This document shows positions 18,290-26,284 of a stretch of 64,000 nt of DNA, in pieces. The notes under the pieces are model-generated. The model made no database searches. It was not told the origin of the DNA and saw nothing but the letters and a program-made list of their open reading frames with translations. Position numbers and translations under genes: made by a program. The first letter of the stretch is position 1. The number at the start of each line of letters is the position of its first letter. The DNA is from Planctomycetota bacterium (lineage in GTDB: Bacteria; Planctomycetota; MHYJ01; JACPRB01). The stretch lies in contig DASQOM010000120.1 in assembly GCA_035644495.1 (NCBI GenBank), forward strand, positions 966 to 64,965, written 5' to 3'.

Positions 18290-19384
18290 CTAAGCCCCGG
18301 TGACTTTGGGAAGCGCCTGGTCCTTCTCGAGCGAAGCCTCCTTCGCGGGGATGACCTCGAGGAGCTTGTCCACGATCTTGTCCGGCGTCACCCCTTCGGC
18401 CTCGGCCGTGAAGTTCGTGACGATGCGGTGCCTCAGCACCGGGTGGGCGATCGCCCGGATGTCCTGAATCGTGACGTAGTAGCGCCCCTGCAGCACCGCA
18501 TGCGCCTTGGCGCCGATGATCAAGTACTGGCTCGCGCGCGGTCCGGCGCCCCAGTGCACCCACTCCTTCACGAAGTCGGGCACGCCGCCCTCGGAGACGC
18601 GCGTCGCCCGCGACAGCGCCATCGCGTAGCGGATGACGTGATCGGCCACCGGCACCCGGCGGACCAGGTCCTGCAGCCGGAGGATCTCGTCGCCCGACAG
18701 CACCGTCGAGAGCTTGTGCTCGAAGACGGAGGTCGTGAGCTTCATGATCTCGAGCTCTTCCTGTTCCGTCGGGTAGCCGACCCGGATCATGTACATGAAG
18801 CGGTCGAGCTGCGCCTCGGGCAGGGGATACGTGCCTTCCTGTTCGATCGGGTTCTGGGTGGCCAGGACGAAGAAGGGGTGCTGGAGGGCGTGGCGCTTGC
18901 CGCCGACCGTCACCTGCAGCTCCTGCATCGCCTCGAGCAGCGCCGCCTGCGTCTTCGGCGGAGTCCGGTTGATCTCGTCCGCCAGGAGCACATTGGCGAA
19001 GATCGGCCCCTTGATGAAACGCAGCGCGCGGTCGCCCGAGGCCTTGTCGACGTCGATCACCTCGGTGCCGGTGATATCGCTGGGCATCAGGTCGGGCGTG
19101 AACTGGACCCGGCTGAAGGAGAGCGAGAGGGTCTGGGCGAGCGTCCGGATCATGAGGGTCTTGGCGAGGCCCGGGACGCCGACCAGGAGCGCGTGGCCCT
19201 TCGAGAAGATGCAGGTCAGGAGCTCGTCCAGGACGCGTTCCTGGCCGACGATCACCCGGTGCATCTCCGCCTTCAGGGTATCGTAGGCGGCTTTCAGCTT
19301 CTGGATGGATTCCATGTCTCCGCGGGAGCCGTCGGGAGTCGAACCGGGGGCCAGAGGGTCCATGCGCGCCTCCATCAAAGCCAA
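18290..19384 (-). CDS. MoxR-family AAA+ ATPase
   Basis: [13 protein letters not shown], Walker [32 protein letters not shown]. The start may be an internal Met such as MESIQK. Confidence 0.9.
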   Translation of the reverse strand: MALMEARMDPLAPGSTPDGSRGDMESIQKLKAAYDTLKAEMHRVIVGQERVLDELLTCIFSKGHALLVGVPGLAKTLMIRTLAQTLSLSFSRVQFTPDLMPSDITGTEVIDVDKASGDRALRFIKGPIFANVLLADEINRTPPKTQAALLEAMQELQVTVGGKRHALQHPFFVLATQNPIEQEGTYPLPEAQLDRFMYMIRVGYPTEQEELEIMKLTTSVFEHKLSTVLSGDEILRLQDLVRRVPVADHVIRYAMALSRATRVSEGGVPDFVKEWVHWGAGPRASQYLIIGAKAHAVLQGRYYVTIQDIRAIAHPVLRHRIVTNFTAEAEGVTPDKIVDKLLEVIPAKEASLEKDQALPKVTGA

Positions 19385-19424
19385 AAACCGAAGGTACCAG
19401 AAATACTACGGCTCACCAATAGAA

Positions 19425-19805
19425 ATGGTGGGAACGCCATCATCTACTATAATTTTCCCGGAAGATCCGGATGCAGATTCGACGCCGGAGGAGGCTCTCG
19501 TGCCCTGGAAATCGCTCGCGTCCGCGGCCCTCGCGCTCGCCCTTCTCCTGATTCCCGGCTGCGGATCCAAGTCTCCGTCGCAGCGGGCCGGCACCGACCA
19601 GGAGATCGCCCGCAATATCCTCTGGCGCTTTCACCAGGATCCCGGGAAACGGTTCCAGGACGTCCGCGTGACCTGCGAAGACCTCCAGATCACCCTGGAG
19701 GGGCGCGTGGCCGACGCAAAGGCCGCCGGCGACGCCGTCCAGATCGCCCTCAACGAATCGCGCGGCAGCAAGGTGGACTCCCGCCTCGAAGTCCGCCTCC
19801 GCTGA
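19425..19805 (+). CDS. BON-domain lipoprotein (start uncertain; GTG 19500 would give a clean lipoprotein signal peptide)
   Basis: Lipobox LLIPGC. A single BON-like unit, VRVTCEDLQITLEGRVADAKAAGDAVQIA...VDSRLEV. Confidence 0.65.
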   Translation: MVGTPSSTIIFPEDPDADSTPEEALVPWKSLASAALALALLLIPGCGSKSPSQRAGTDQEIARNILWRFHQDPGKRFQDVRVTCEDLQITLEGRVADAKAAGDAVQIALNESRGSKVDSRLEVRLR

Positions 19806-19832
19806 CCACAAACGCACCGGTTGCGTTTGTGG
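19806..19832. repeat. Hairpin repeat CCACAAACGCA-CCGGT-TGCGTTTGTGG (family copy a)
   Basis: Perfect 11-bp arms and a 5-nt loop. It begins immediately after the TGA of the BON gene (19803-19805). Confidence 0.85.
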
Positions 19833-19870
19833 GAATGTAAGGCCCTGGCCGCCAGTTACTTGTAGTGACG

Positions 19871-19900
19871 TTGACGGGGCCGATGAACTCGAGCTATGAT
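19871..19900 (+). promoter_or_regulatory. Putative promoter of ribBA
   Basis: TTGACG (19871-19876), an 18-nt spacer, then TATGAT (19895-19900). This sits 9 nt before ATG 19910, and there is no SD. Confidence 0.45.
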
Positions 19901-19909
19901 CCCCATCTC

Positions 19910-21163
19910 ATGAGTGAATTCGCATCGATCCCGGAAGTCCTGGACGAGCTTCGCGCCGGCCGGATGGTCGTCCTGGTGGACGACGAAAACCGCGAAAACG
20001 AGGGCGACCTCGTCATGGCCGCGGAGAAGGTGACCCCCGAGGGGGTCAACTTCATGGTCCGCAAGGCCTGCGGCGAGCTCTGCCTGGCGCTGACCAGCGA
20101 AAAGTGCGATGCCCTCGGCCTGGGCCTCCAGGCGCTCGACAACACCTCCAAGCACGGAACCAACTTCACCGTCACCATCGACGCGGCCGCCGGCATCTCC
20201 ACCGGCACGTCGGCGTTCGACCGGGCGAAGACCATCCTGACGGCCATCGACGACCGCTGCCGACCAGCGGACCTGGCCCGGCCGGGCCACGTCCATCCCC
20301 TCCGCGCCCGGGAGGGCGGCGCGCTCGTCCGCGCCGGCCATACCGAGGGCTCGGTCGACCTCGTCCGGCTGGCCGGCCTGAAACCCGCGGCGGTCATCAT
20401 CGAAATCCTCAAGGAAGACGGCTCGATGGCGCGGCTCCCCGACCTGCTCGAATTCGCGACGCAGCATCGATTGAAGATCGCCACCATCGCCCAGCTCATC
20501 GAGTACCGGCGCCAGAAGGAGCGGATCATCGAGAAGGTCGTCGAAACCACCCTCCCCACCCGCTTCGGGGACTTCCGCGTCCACCTTTACCGCTCGAAGG
20601 TCGACGAGTACCTCCACGTCGCCCTCTGCGCGGGCGACGTCGGCGCCGTGAAGAACGGAGAGACGGTCGTCCAGCCCGAGGCCGTCACGGTGCGCGTCCA
20701 CTCCGAGTGCCTGACCGGCGACATCTTCCATTCGCTGCGCTGCGAGTGCGGCGAGCAGATGGAGGCCGCGCTGGAGATCATCGCGCGCGAGAAGCGCGGC
20801 GTCTTCCTGTACATCCGGCAGGAGGGCCGCGGCATCGGCCTCATCCAGAAGCTCAAGGCGTACAAGCTCCAGGACGAGGGCTCCGACACGGTCGAGGCCA
20901 ACCTGAAGCTCGGCCTGCCCGCCGACGTGCGCGAATACGGCACGGGCGCGCAGATCCTCTACGACCTCGGCGTGCGCAGGATGCGACTGCTGACGAACAA
21001 CCCCAAGAAGATGCACTCGATCGCGGGCTACGGCCTCGAGATCGTCGAGCAGGTCCCCATCGAGATCGCGCCCAACGAGCACAACCGGAAGTATCTCCGG
21101 GACAAGCGGGACAAGATGGGCCACTCCTTCAAGCAGATCAACGACCTGATCGAGGGGACATGA
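19910..21163 (+). CDS. ribBA: Bifunctional 3,4-dihydroxy-2-butanone-4-phosphate synthase / GTP cyclohydrolase II
   Basis: DDENRENEGDLVMAAE and GHTEGSVDL (RibB half). RVHSECLTGDIFHSLRCECGEQ and GRGIGL (RibA half). Confidence 0.9.
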   Translation: MSEFASIPEVLDELRAGRMVVLVDDENRENEGDLVMAAEKVTPEGVNFMVRKACGELCLALTSEKCDALGLGLQALDNTSKHGTNFTVTIDAAAGISTGTSAFDRAKTILTAIDDRCRPADLARPGHVHPLRAREGGALVRAGHTEGSVDLVRLAGLKPAAVIIEILKEDGSMARLPDLLEFATQHRLKIATIAQLIEYRRQKERIIEKVVETTLPTRFGDFRVHLYRSKVDEYLHVALCAGDVGAVKNGETVVQPEAVTVRVHSECLTGDIFHSLRCECGEQMEAALEIIAREKRGVFLYIRQEGRGIGLIQKLKAYKLQDEGSDTVEANLKLGLPADVREYGTGAQILYDLGVRRMRLLTNNPKKMHSIAGYGLEIVEQVPIEIAPNEHNRKYLRDKRDKMGHSFKQINDLIEGT

Positions 21164-21942
21164 CCGATCTGTTCTTCATCGGCGGCCCCTGCGTCATCGA
21201 GTCCGAAGCCCACGCCCTCCGCCACGCGAACGCCATCGCCGAGATCTGCCGCGCCGCCGGCGTCGACTTCGTCTACAAGAGCTCCTACGACAAGGCCAAC
21301 CGCACCTCGGGCAAGACCTACCGCGGACCGGGCCTCAAGGACGGCCTCGCGATCCTCGCCAAGGTGAAGAAGCAGACCGGACTGCGCTTGCTCACCGACG
21401 TCCACTCGCCCGAGGAGGCGAAGGCCGCGGCGAAAGTCGTCGACGTCCTCCAGATCCCCGCCATGCTCTGCCGCCAGACCGACCTGGTGGTGGCCGCGGC
21501 GAAGACGAAGCGGACCGTGAACATCAAGAAGGGCCAGTTCATGGATCCCTGGTCGATGCGCAACATCCTGGAGAAGGCGACGTCGACGGGGAACAAGGAC
21601 GTGATGCTCTGCGAGCGCGGCGCGACCTTCGGCTACCAGAACCTGGTCGTCGACATGCGCGCGATTCCGATCATGAAGTCGTTCGGCTGCAAGGTGGTGA
21701 TGGATGCGGGCCACGCGGTGCAGCAGCCGGGCGGGCTGGGCAACGCGTCGGGCGGCATGCGCGACATGATCCCGGTGATCGCGCGCTGCGGCGTCGCCGC
21801 CGGCGCCGATGGCCTCTTCATCGAGGTGCACGAGAACCCCGACAAGGGTCCGAGCGACGGCCCCAACATGCTGAAGCTCGCCGACCTCCCCGCCCTGCTG
21901 CGCGACGTGGTGGCGATCCGAAAGGCCGTCACGCCAGCTTGA
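21160..21942 (+). CDS. kdsA: 3-deoxy-8-phosphooctulonate synthase
   Basis: The ATG at 21160 is in an ATGA overlap with the ribBA stop. FFIGGPCVIES, YKSSYDKANRTS, NIKKGQF, DAGHAVQQPGG, ADGLFIEVH. Confidence 0.9.
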   Translation: MTDLFFIGGPCVIESEAHALRHANAIAEICRAAGVDFVYKSSYDKANRTSGKTYRGPGLKDGLAILAKVKKQTGLRLLTDVHSPEEAKAAAKVVDVLQIPAMLCRQTDLVVAAAKTKRTVNIKKGQFMDPWSMRNILEKATSTGNKDVMLCERGATFGYQNLVVDMRAIPIMKSFGCKVVMDAGHAVQQPGGLGNASGGMRDMIPVIARCGVAAGADGLFIEVHENPDKGPSDGPNMLKLADLPALLRDVVAIRKAVTPA

Positions 21943-22318
21943 GGCCCGCGTGCTTCGCCATCGGCTCGAAGTGGCGCCTGTCGCAAGTCCGCAAGGGAAG
22001 CCCGTTCTCCAGGCAAACCGCTTCGATCGTCGTGTCGAAGGAACTGACCTTCACCCCTTTCCGCCTCAGCTGCCGATAGAGCTGGGCGACCCGGAGACAG
22101 GTCCCGCGCGTCGCCTCCCGGTAGCGGAACTGCGCGAGATTCTGCCGCTCCCGCCGGAAGTCGTCATCCTCCCGGATCCCCTGCAGGACCTCCTGGAGGA
22201 TCGCCCCGCAGAGCCGCACCCGGTTGACCCGATGCAGGGCCTCCCGCAGAAGGGTTGACTCCCGGCCCCATCGGGCGGCGAGGAATTCAATCCAGACAGA
22301 GGTGTCCACGACGAACAC
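21929..22318 (-). CDS. vapC: PIN-domain toxin VapC
   Basis: (M/V)FVVDTSVWIEFL N-terminal acidic motif. Size about 129 aa. Preceded by a small antitoxin-like ORF. Confidence 0.8.
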   Translation of the reverse strand: MFVVDTSVWIEFLAARWGRESTLLREALHRVNRVRLCGAILQEVLQGIREDDDFRRERQNLAQFRYREATRGTCLRVAQLYRQLRRKGVKVSSFDTTIEAVCLENGLPLRTCDRRHFEPMAKHAGLKLA

Positions 22319-22490
22319 GGCCCCTCATCTCGTCCAGGTTCCCCTCCCCCACGACCTTGCCCGCGGACTTCAGGATCTCCCGCTGCTGCAGATGCTCGAC
22401 GAGGATCGCCGGCCCCCCGTTCACAAGGGCGACCTTGCGCTTCTCGCCGCTCCATTTCATGGCGCGCTTGAGGAGCTTCTCGGGAATCAC
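22287..22490 (-). CDS. Putative antitoxin (Phd/YefM-like?) paired with VapC; start ambiguous (GTG 22490, ATG 22460 or GTG 22535)
   Basis: Small ORF ending 32 nt inside vapC. GTG 22490 forms a GTGA overlap with the upstream stop. The segment KVALVNGGPAILVEHLQQREIL resembles the Phd/YefM beta-strand core. Confidence 0.45.
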   Translation of the reverse strand: MIPEKLLKRAMKWSGEKRKVALVNGGPAILVEHLQQREILKSAGKVVGEGNLDEMRGRVRRGHLCLD

Positions 22491-22894
22491 TCCTTCAGGA
22501 TCACCGAGATTCCGCCGCGACCGGGTGCGGAGCACGTGAAGCGGACGCGCACCGGCGCGGGGCCGTCGACCCAGACTTCGCGCGGGCCGAGGATCGTCAC
22601 GCCCTCGCGGTCCGGAACGACTTCCAGTCGATGCAGACCCGTCGCCTCGGGGAGGCAGACCTCCGCCTCCACGACTTCGCCCACGGAGGCCAGCTCCCGC
22701 GCGAAGCGCACGGAGATGCGGACGTCCGCGGTCGGGTCGAAGGCCTCGAAGACCAGCTCCTTCCCGCCGGGGGCGGACGCTTCGGACAACCGCCACGCGA
22801 GGGGGGGATGTCCTGGCGGCGTCGGAAGGGAGGGCCGCCCCGCGCAGGACATCCCCCCGGCGAAGAGAAGAAGGGAAAGGAGGGACTGCTTCAT
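22487..22894 (-). CDS. Small lipoprotein or secreted protein, unknown function
   Basis: The start at ATG 22894 is in an ATGA overlap with the upstream stop. Signal peptide MKQSLLSLLLFAGGMSCAG. The remainder is beta-rich. Confidence 0.6.
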   Translation of the reverse strand: MKQSLLSLLLFAGGMSCAGRPSLPTPPGHPPLAWRLSEASAPGGKELVFEAFDPTADVRISVRFARELASVGEVVEAEVCLPEATGLHRLEVVPDREGVTILGPREVWVDGPAPVRVRFTCSAPGRGGISVILKE

Positions 22895-23148
22895 CCGTGA
22901 CGGGGATCGTCGGGATCGGGATCCCGGTCCTCCTCGAAGCGCTCGAAGTCGATCTGCGCGCAGAGCGGACAGGGACAGCGCAGGATCGCATCGAGCGGCC
23001 CCGACTCGATGATCGTGATGCCCGGAACGACCTGGGGGAAGTCGTGCCCCGTCAGGGCATGGGCGCGGCAGATCTCGCACTTCTCGTCCGGCTCCCCCAT
23101 CAGGATATGGAAGAGCGAGGGATCCCCGGGAATTCTCGGCCCTTTCAT
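22891..23148 (-). CDS. Small Cys-rich (putative zinc-binding) protein, 85 aa
   Basis: ATG 23148 is preceded by GAAAGGAG and lies in an ATGA overlap with the upstream stop. CEIC...CPCPLC motifs, an acidic C-terminus and no signal peptide. Confidence 0.55.
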   Translation of the reverse strand: MKGPRIPGDPSLFHILMGEPDEKCEICRAHALTGHDFPQVVPGITIIESGPLDAILRCPCPLCAQIDFERFEEDRDPDPDDPRHG

Positions 23149-24287
23149 TTCGGGCTCCTTTCGTCCCTCTTCACCTCGCAGCCCCACGGTTTGAGCTGCT
23201 CGGCGGCGGCCTTCCGCGCTTCCTCCTCCCGGCGGGGGGCGAGACGCTGACGCGCCTTCTCCGCCACCTCCGCCGCGGCCGCCGTCTGCGCCTCGCCGAT
23301 CGCGGCGTTCACCCGCCGCTCCGCTTCAAAAGTCTCGGTGAGACGCGTGATCTCGTTCCTCAGCTGCTGGCGCCGCCGTTCCAGCTCGCGCCGGACCTCC
23401 GGCGTGGCGAGCAGCTCCCCGGATTCCAGCGAGCGCTCCGCCGACTGCGCCTCCCCGACCACCTCGGCCAGCGCCTGCGCCGCCGACACGCTCCTCACCG
23501 CCGCCTCCCGGCGAGACGCCTCCATGGCCGAGATCCGTCCCAGCTCTTCGCGGGAGACGGGGCCCAGTTTGTCGATCGGCGCCTTCCAGGGATCCTTGAG
23601 CGCGTCGTTCCAGAGCGCCGCCTTCTCCTTGCGGCGGACCTCATACTGCTCCATCACCGCCGTATTGCGAGCTTCGGCCCGGAGCGTCCCCGCCCCGATC
23701 TTCAGCGGCGGCACCAGCGTCTCGGGAATCCCCAGGTCGCGGTTCAGATCGATCTCCCGCACCGGCTTCCCGTCCAGGCCCCGGAGCTCCGAGGTCCGGC
23801 GGCAGGCTTTCTGCGCCTCGTCCAGCGCCATCCCCTGCTTCGCCTTGGCATCGAGACACTCCTTGATGGCCCGGGCCTGCGACTCGCGCTGGACGCCGTC
23901 GAGCGCCCGTTCCAGCGAACGGCAGCCGTCCAGCTCCTGCCCCAGCATCGTGTTGGCCGAGATGCGGTAGTGCTTGATCGCGTCGCACACGGTCGGCGAC
24001 GCGTAGCAGGCGAGCACCAGGGCCGACCCGGCCAGTTCCGACTGCACGGCCGACAGCGCCCCACCCAGAAACTCCTCCTTCAGGTTCTTGGTGAAGAGGC
24101 TGCGGAAGCTGGCCTTGAGATCGAAGCTTCCGCACCCCAGGTCCGGCGCCGCGTCCAGCTGGATCGACGCCCGCTGAGGCTTCACGTCCTTCAGCTCCAC
24201 GCCCGGAGGCAGACGCCGCCGCAGCTCCCGATCCCGCTCGATCAGGTCCTGGCCCAGGAGCAGCCCGAGGAACAGCAGGCTAGTCAT
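23145..24287 (-). CDS. TraH-like (F-type/ICE PFL_4711-like) periplasmic protein with a long coiled-coil C-terminal half
   Basis: LGCGSFDLKASFRSLF...ALVLACYASPTVCDAIKHY...LDGCRSLE parallels the conserved GCGGID..SFSF......P......C block of TraH. The rest is an Ala/Glu/Arg-rich coiled coil. The CDS itself is well supported. The family call is from memory. Confidence 0.55.
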   Translation of the reverse strand: MTSLLFLGLLLGQDLIERDRELRRRLPPGVELKDVKPQRASIQLDAAPDLGCGSFDLKASFRSLFTKNLKEEFLGGALSAVQSELAGSALVLACYASPTVCDAIKHYRISANTMLGQELDGCRSLERALDGVQRESQARAIKECLDAKAKQGMALDEAQKACRRTSELRGLDGKPVREIDLNRDLGIPETLVPPLKIGAGTLRAEARNTAVMEQYEVRRKEKAALWNDALKDPWKAPIDKLGPVSREELGRISAMEASRREAAVRSVSAAQALAEVVGEAQSAERSLESGELLATPEVRRELERRRQQLRNEITRLTETFEAERRVNAAIGEAQTAAAAEVAEKARQRLAPRREEEARKAAAEQLKPWGCEVKRDERSPK

Positions 24288-24768
24288 GCGGCAGCTCCTT
24301 CATCAGCGCTTCGCGCGGCGTGAAGCCGCGCAGCACTTTCCCCCCGGCGACCAGTGTGGGCGTCATCGTCACGCCATACTGCGACCAGAGCGGGGATCCG
24401 GCCGGAACGCGGACGACGGGGAGTCCCTGCAGCTCCTGATCCTGCCGGGCGCACCAGGGGCAACCCTCGCGCGAGAAGTAGAGCAGCGGCGCCTCGGCCT
24501 TCCTCCCCTGCTCCGCCTCCACCGCCGCAATGGCCGCCCGCAGTCGTCGGAACCGCTCCTCCTGCCAGGCCAGATACGAGCGCGCAGTCTCGGCGCTCGG
24601 AGCGTCCAGCAGCCGCTTCACCGCCGGCGGCGCCGCCGAGTCCGCCCAGAGATCCGCCGCCGCGGGCTCCGACGCCTTCCGCCGGCTGTTCCAGAAGTCC
24701 ACGTCCCGCCGCTCGAAGAACCGGCTGTCGTCCCCGACGAGCGCCCATAAGGCGATCAGCGCGCGCAT
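24280..24768 (-). CDS. TraF/TrbB-like thioredoxin-fold protein with a CPWC active site
   Basis: FWNSRR...AETARSYLAWQEERF resembles the TraF N-terminal region. LLYFSREGCPWCARQ...TMTPTLV is a thioredoxin fold with CxxC. It overlaps both neighbours. Confidence 0.5.
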   Translation of the reverse strand: MRALIALWALVGDDSRFFERRDVDFWNSRRKASEPAAADLWADSAAPPAVKRLLDAPSAETARSYLAWQEERFRRLRAAIAAVEAEQGRKAEAPLLYFSREGCPWCARQDQELQGLPVVRVPAGSPLWSQYGVTMTPTLVAGGKVLRGFTPREALMKELPHD

Positions 24769-25121
24769 TTCATCAGCTCCTTCACGTCGACCTTCGTCCC
24801 CGTCGCGACGTGGACCCGGTCCCCGCGCACGACGGCGACCGCCGGCAACCGCCGGATGCCGAGCTTCCTCGCCATCCGGAGGCCGTCCTCGTCGAACGGG
24901 CGGACGTCGCCGGCGGCCTGCACCGTGGCAAGGAACGCCTCCGAGGGCTCGCGGTCGCCGAAGTACCGCTCGACGAGCAGCACCGCCCGCACCTTCTCCC
25001 CCTTGACCTGCTCGAAAATCCGGGACGCATCCGGAGAGTCCGGCGAGAAGAAGATCCAGATCGTCGGAGCGTCCTGAGAGGAAGCCAGCCCGGCGACGAG
25101 CAAGGCAGCGAGCAGTTTCAT
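24756..25121 (-). CDS. Secreted Cys-less thioredoxin-like protein (DUF1525/PFL_4709-like?)
   Basis: Signal peptide MKLLAALLVAGLASS. IWIFFSPDSPDASRIF occupies the place of a CxxC. The C-terminal GIRRLPAVAVVRGDRVHVATG resembles DUF1525. Confidence 0.45.
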   Translation of the reverse strand: MKLLAALLVAGLASSQDAPTIWIFFSPDSPDASRIFEQVKGEKVRAVLLVERYFGDREPSEAFLATVQAAGDVRPFDEDGLRMARKLGIRRLPAVAVVRGDRVHVATGTKVDVKELMKCAR

Positions 25122-25151
25122 AAAGACCCGTTCAACCCAAAGCCACGAAGG

Positions 25152-25409
25152 TCACCCAGAACACGAAGTTCCATTCACGACGCGGCGGATGCCCCGCTGC
25201 AGCACCGGGGTGCGGAAGTTCAAAAGAAGGCCAAGCCACTTTCCCGTGGGTCGGAGATAGGGTCACCTCGTGCACCAGGCACTCCTCGTAGATCGATTCG
25301 AAGAGTCCCGGTCCCAGCGCCCGGCGCACCGCATTGGCGGCTCCGATGATCCGGGGGGACACCGCCTTGATTTCTTCTTCGGTGTCCTTTGTGGCTTGTG
25401 TTCCATCAT
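25152..25409 (-). pseudogene. Decayed GxxExxY-family (PD-(D/E)XK-like) gene: frameshifted, with an internal deletion of roughly 60 codons
   Basis: One frame gives ...TKDTEEEIKAVSPRIIGAANAVRRALGPGLFESIYEECLVHE, the family N-terminus. A different frame gives TGKWLGLLLNFRTPVLQRGIRRVVNG*, the family C-terminus. The central beta-strand region is missing, and the ATGATG at 25404-25409 is out of frame with the N-terminal block. Confidence 0.7.
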
Positions 25410-25508
25410 CCGCCTGAGGAGTGGGGGGGAAGGGGGAAAAGTCGGCAGGAAAAATGATCGGCCCGCATTATTGCCGTCCGGCCCACTACCCGGGTGGAGG
25501 ACGAGCGA

Positions 25509-25703
25509 ATGTGGAGCGTGAAAGACGGAAAGCTGTTCTGCAGACGCGATCCCGTCTCGGTGCGGCGCGTGGTGGTCCAGATGGTGATGGGGCGGGCCAC
25601 GGGGCCGGTGCCAGACGAAAAGGCCCGGCACATGCTCCGGATGGAGCGGGCGTTGTCGCTCCGGAGCCTCTCGCAATCGCTCCAGGAGGAGCGGACCGCA
25701 TGA
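25509..25703 (+). CDS. Small hypothetical protein (64 aa)
   Basis: GGAGGA lies 8 nt upstream of ATG 25509. GC3 is very high. The stop is in an ATGA overlap with the next ORF. Confidence 0.4.
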   Translation: MWSVKDGKLFCRRDPVSVRRVVVQMVMGRATGPVPDEKARHMLRMERALSLRSLSQSLQEERTA

Positions 25704-25885
25704 GCCAGATGGAGCCGGTCTTCTGCCACTTCCCCGAGACGCTGCGGCTGGTGCAGGTGGTCCGGCTCCTCGACGAGTGCCTCCGGCAGCCGCCCGCGGA
25801 GGATGCGCGGGAGCGAATCCGGGGCCAAGTGCGTGACTTGATCGATCGCGGGCGCGAGATCGCCCGGGAGAATTTCGTGACGTAG
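25700..25885 (+). CDS. Small hypothetical protein (61 aa)
   Basis: ATGA-coupled to the previous ORF, with very high GC3. Helical sequence MSQMEPVFCHFPETLRLVQVVRLLDECL... Confidence 0.4.
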   Translation: MSQMEPVFCHFPETLRLVQVVRLLDECLRQPPAEDARERIRGQVRDLIDRGREIARENFVT

Positions 25886-25952
25886 ACCCCGGCCGGCGCA
25901 GGCGGCCCGGGCCTGCACCCCTCGCGCGAGGGTGCAGGTCAGGGAGGTGCCG

Positions 25953-26129
25953 ATGGCGCCGGACGGAGGGCCGCGCTCCGGACGATACCGGGACCGGTTC
26001 GTGCGGGAGACGGCCCGAAGGATCTACTTCCTCCTCGCCCTGTCGTCCCGGTTCGCCGAGCCGGCGCGGCTGATGGAGGAGCTGCGGCGGAGGCTCTGCC
26101 GATGCCGCGGCCGGGCCGAGGGGCGCTGA
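25953..26129 (+). CDS. Small hypothetical protein (58 aa)
   Basis: GGGAGG lies 5 nt upstream of ATG 25953. High GC3. Arg-rich. Confidence 0.35.
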   Translation: MAPDGGPRSGRYRDRFVRETARRIYFLLALSSRFAEPARLMEELRRRLCRCRGRAEGR

Positions 26130-26157
26130 CCCCCGGCCCGTTCTTTGAGATTGTTGC

Positions 26158-26185
26158 GCGAAGCTCTTTCTTGAAGCTTCGCTTT
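26158..26185 (+). terminator. Possible intrinsic terminator hairpin
   Basis: GCGAAGCT (26158-26165), a 9-nt loop, then AGCTTCGC (26175-26182), followed by TTTG. It lies 29 nt after the stop at 26129. The U-tract is short. Confidence 0.35.
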
Positions 26186-26284
26186 GCCGCCAGGACGGCG
26201 CCCCTCCTTGTGGAGCGGTGTCGGGGCACTTTGACTCCGGCATCGCTCCTGGTCAGCGATGCTGTTCCATGGGAGGGACTGACG

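Noticed and set aside
19806-19909. A possible FMN riboswitch upstream of ribBA.
   Set aside because: Only about 100 nt are available, and they contain just the CCACAAA hairpin and a promoter-like element. None of the conserved FMN-element helices or motifs are visible.
20104-21159. The 5' two-thirds of the 612-aa track ORF 20104-21942.
   Set aside because: Only the part from ATG 21160 matches KdsA. The upstream part is an out-of-frame read-through of ribBA.
21929-25412. Calling the TraH-like locus an integrative conjugative element.
   Set aside because: The window contains no integrase, relaxase, coupling protein, VirB4/TraC ATPase, pilin, flanking direct repeats or tRNA target, and shows no compositional shift. 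Only a remnant or domesticated-module interpretation is defensible.
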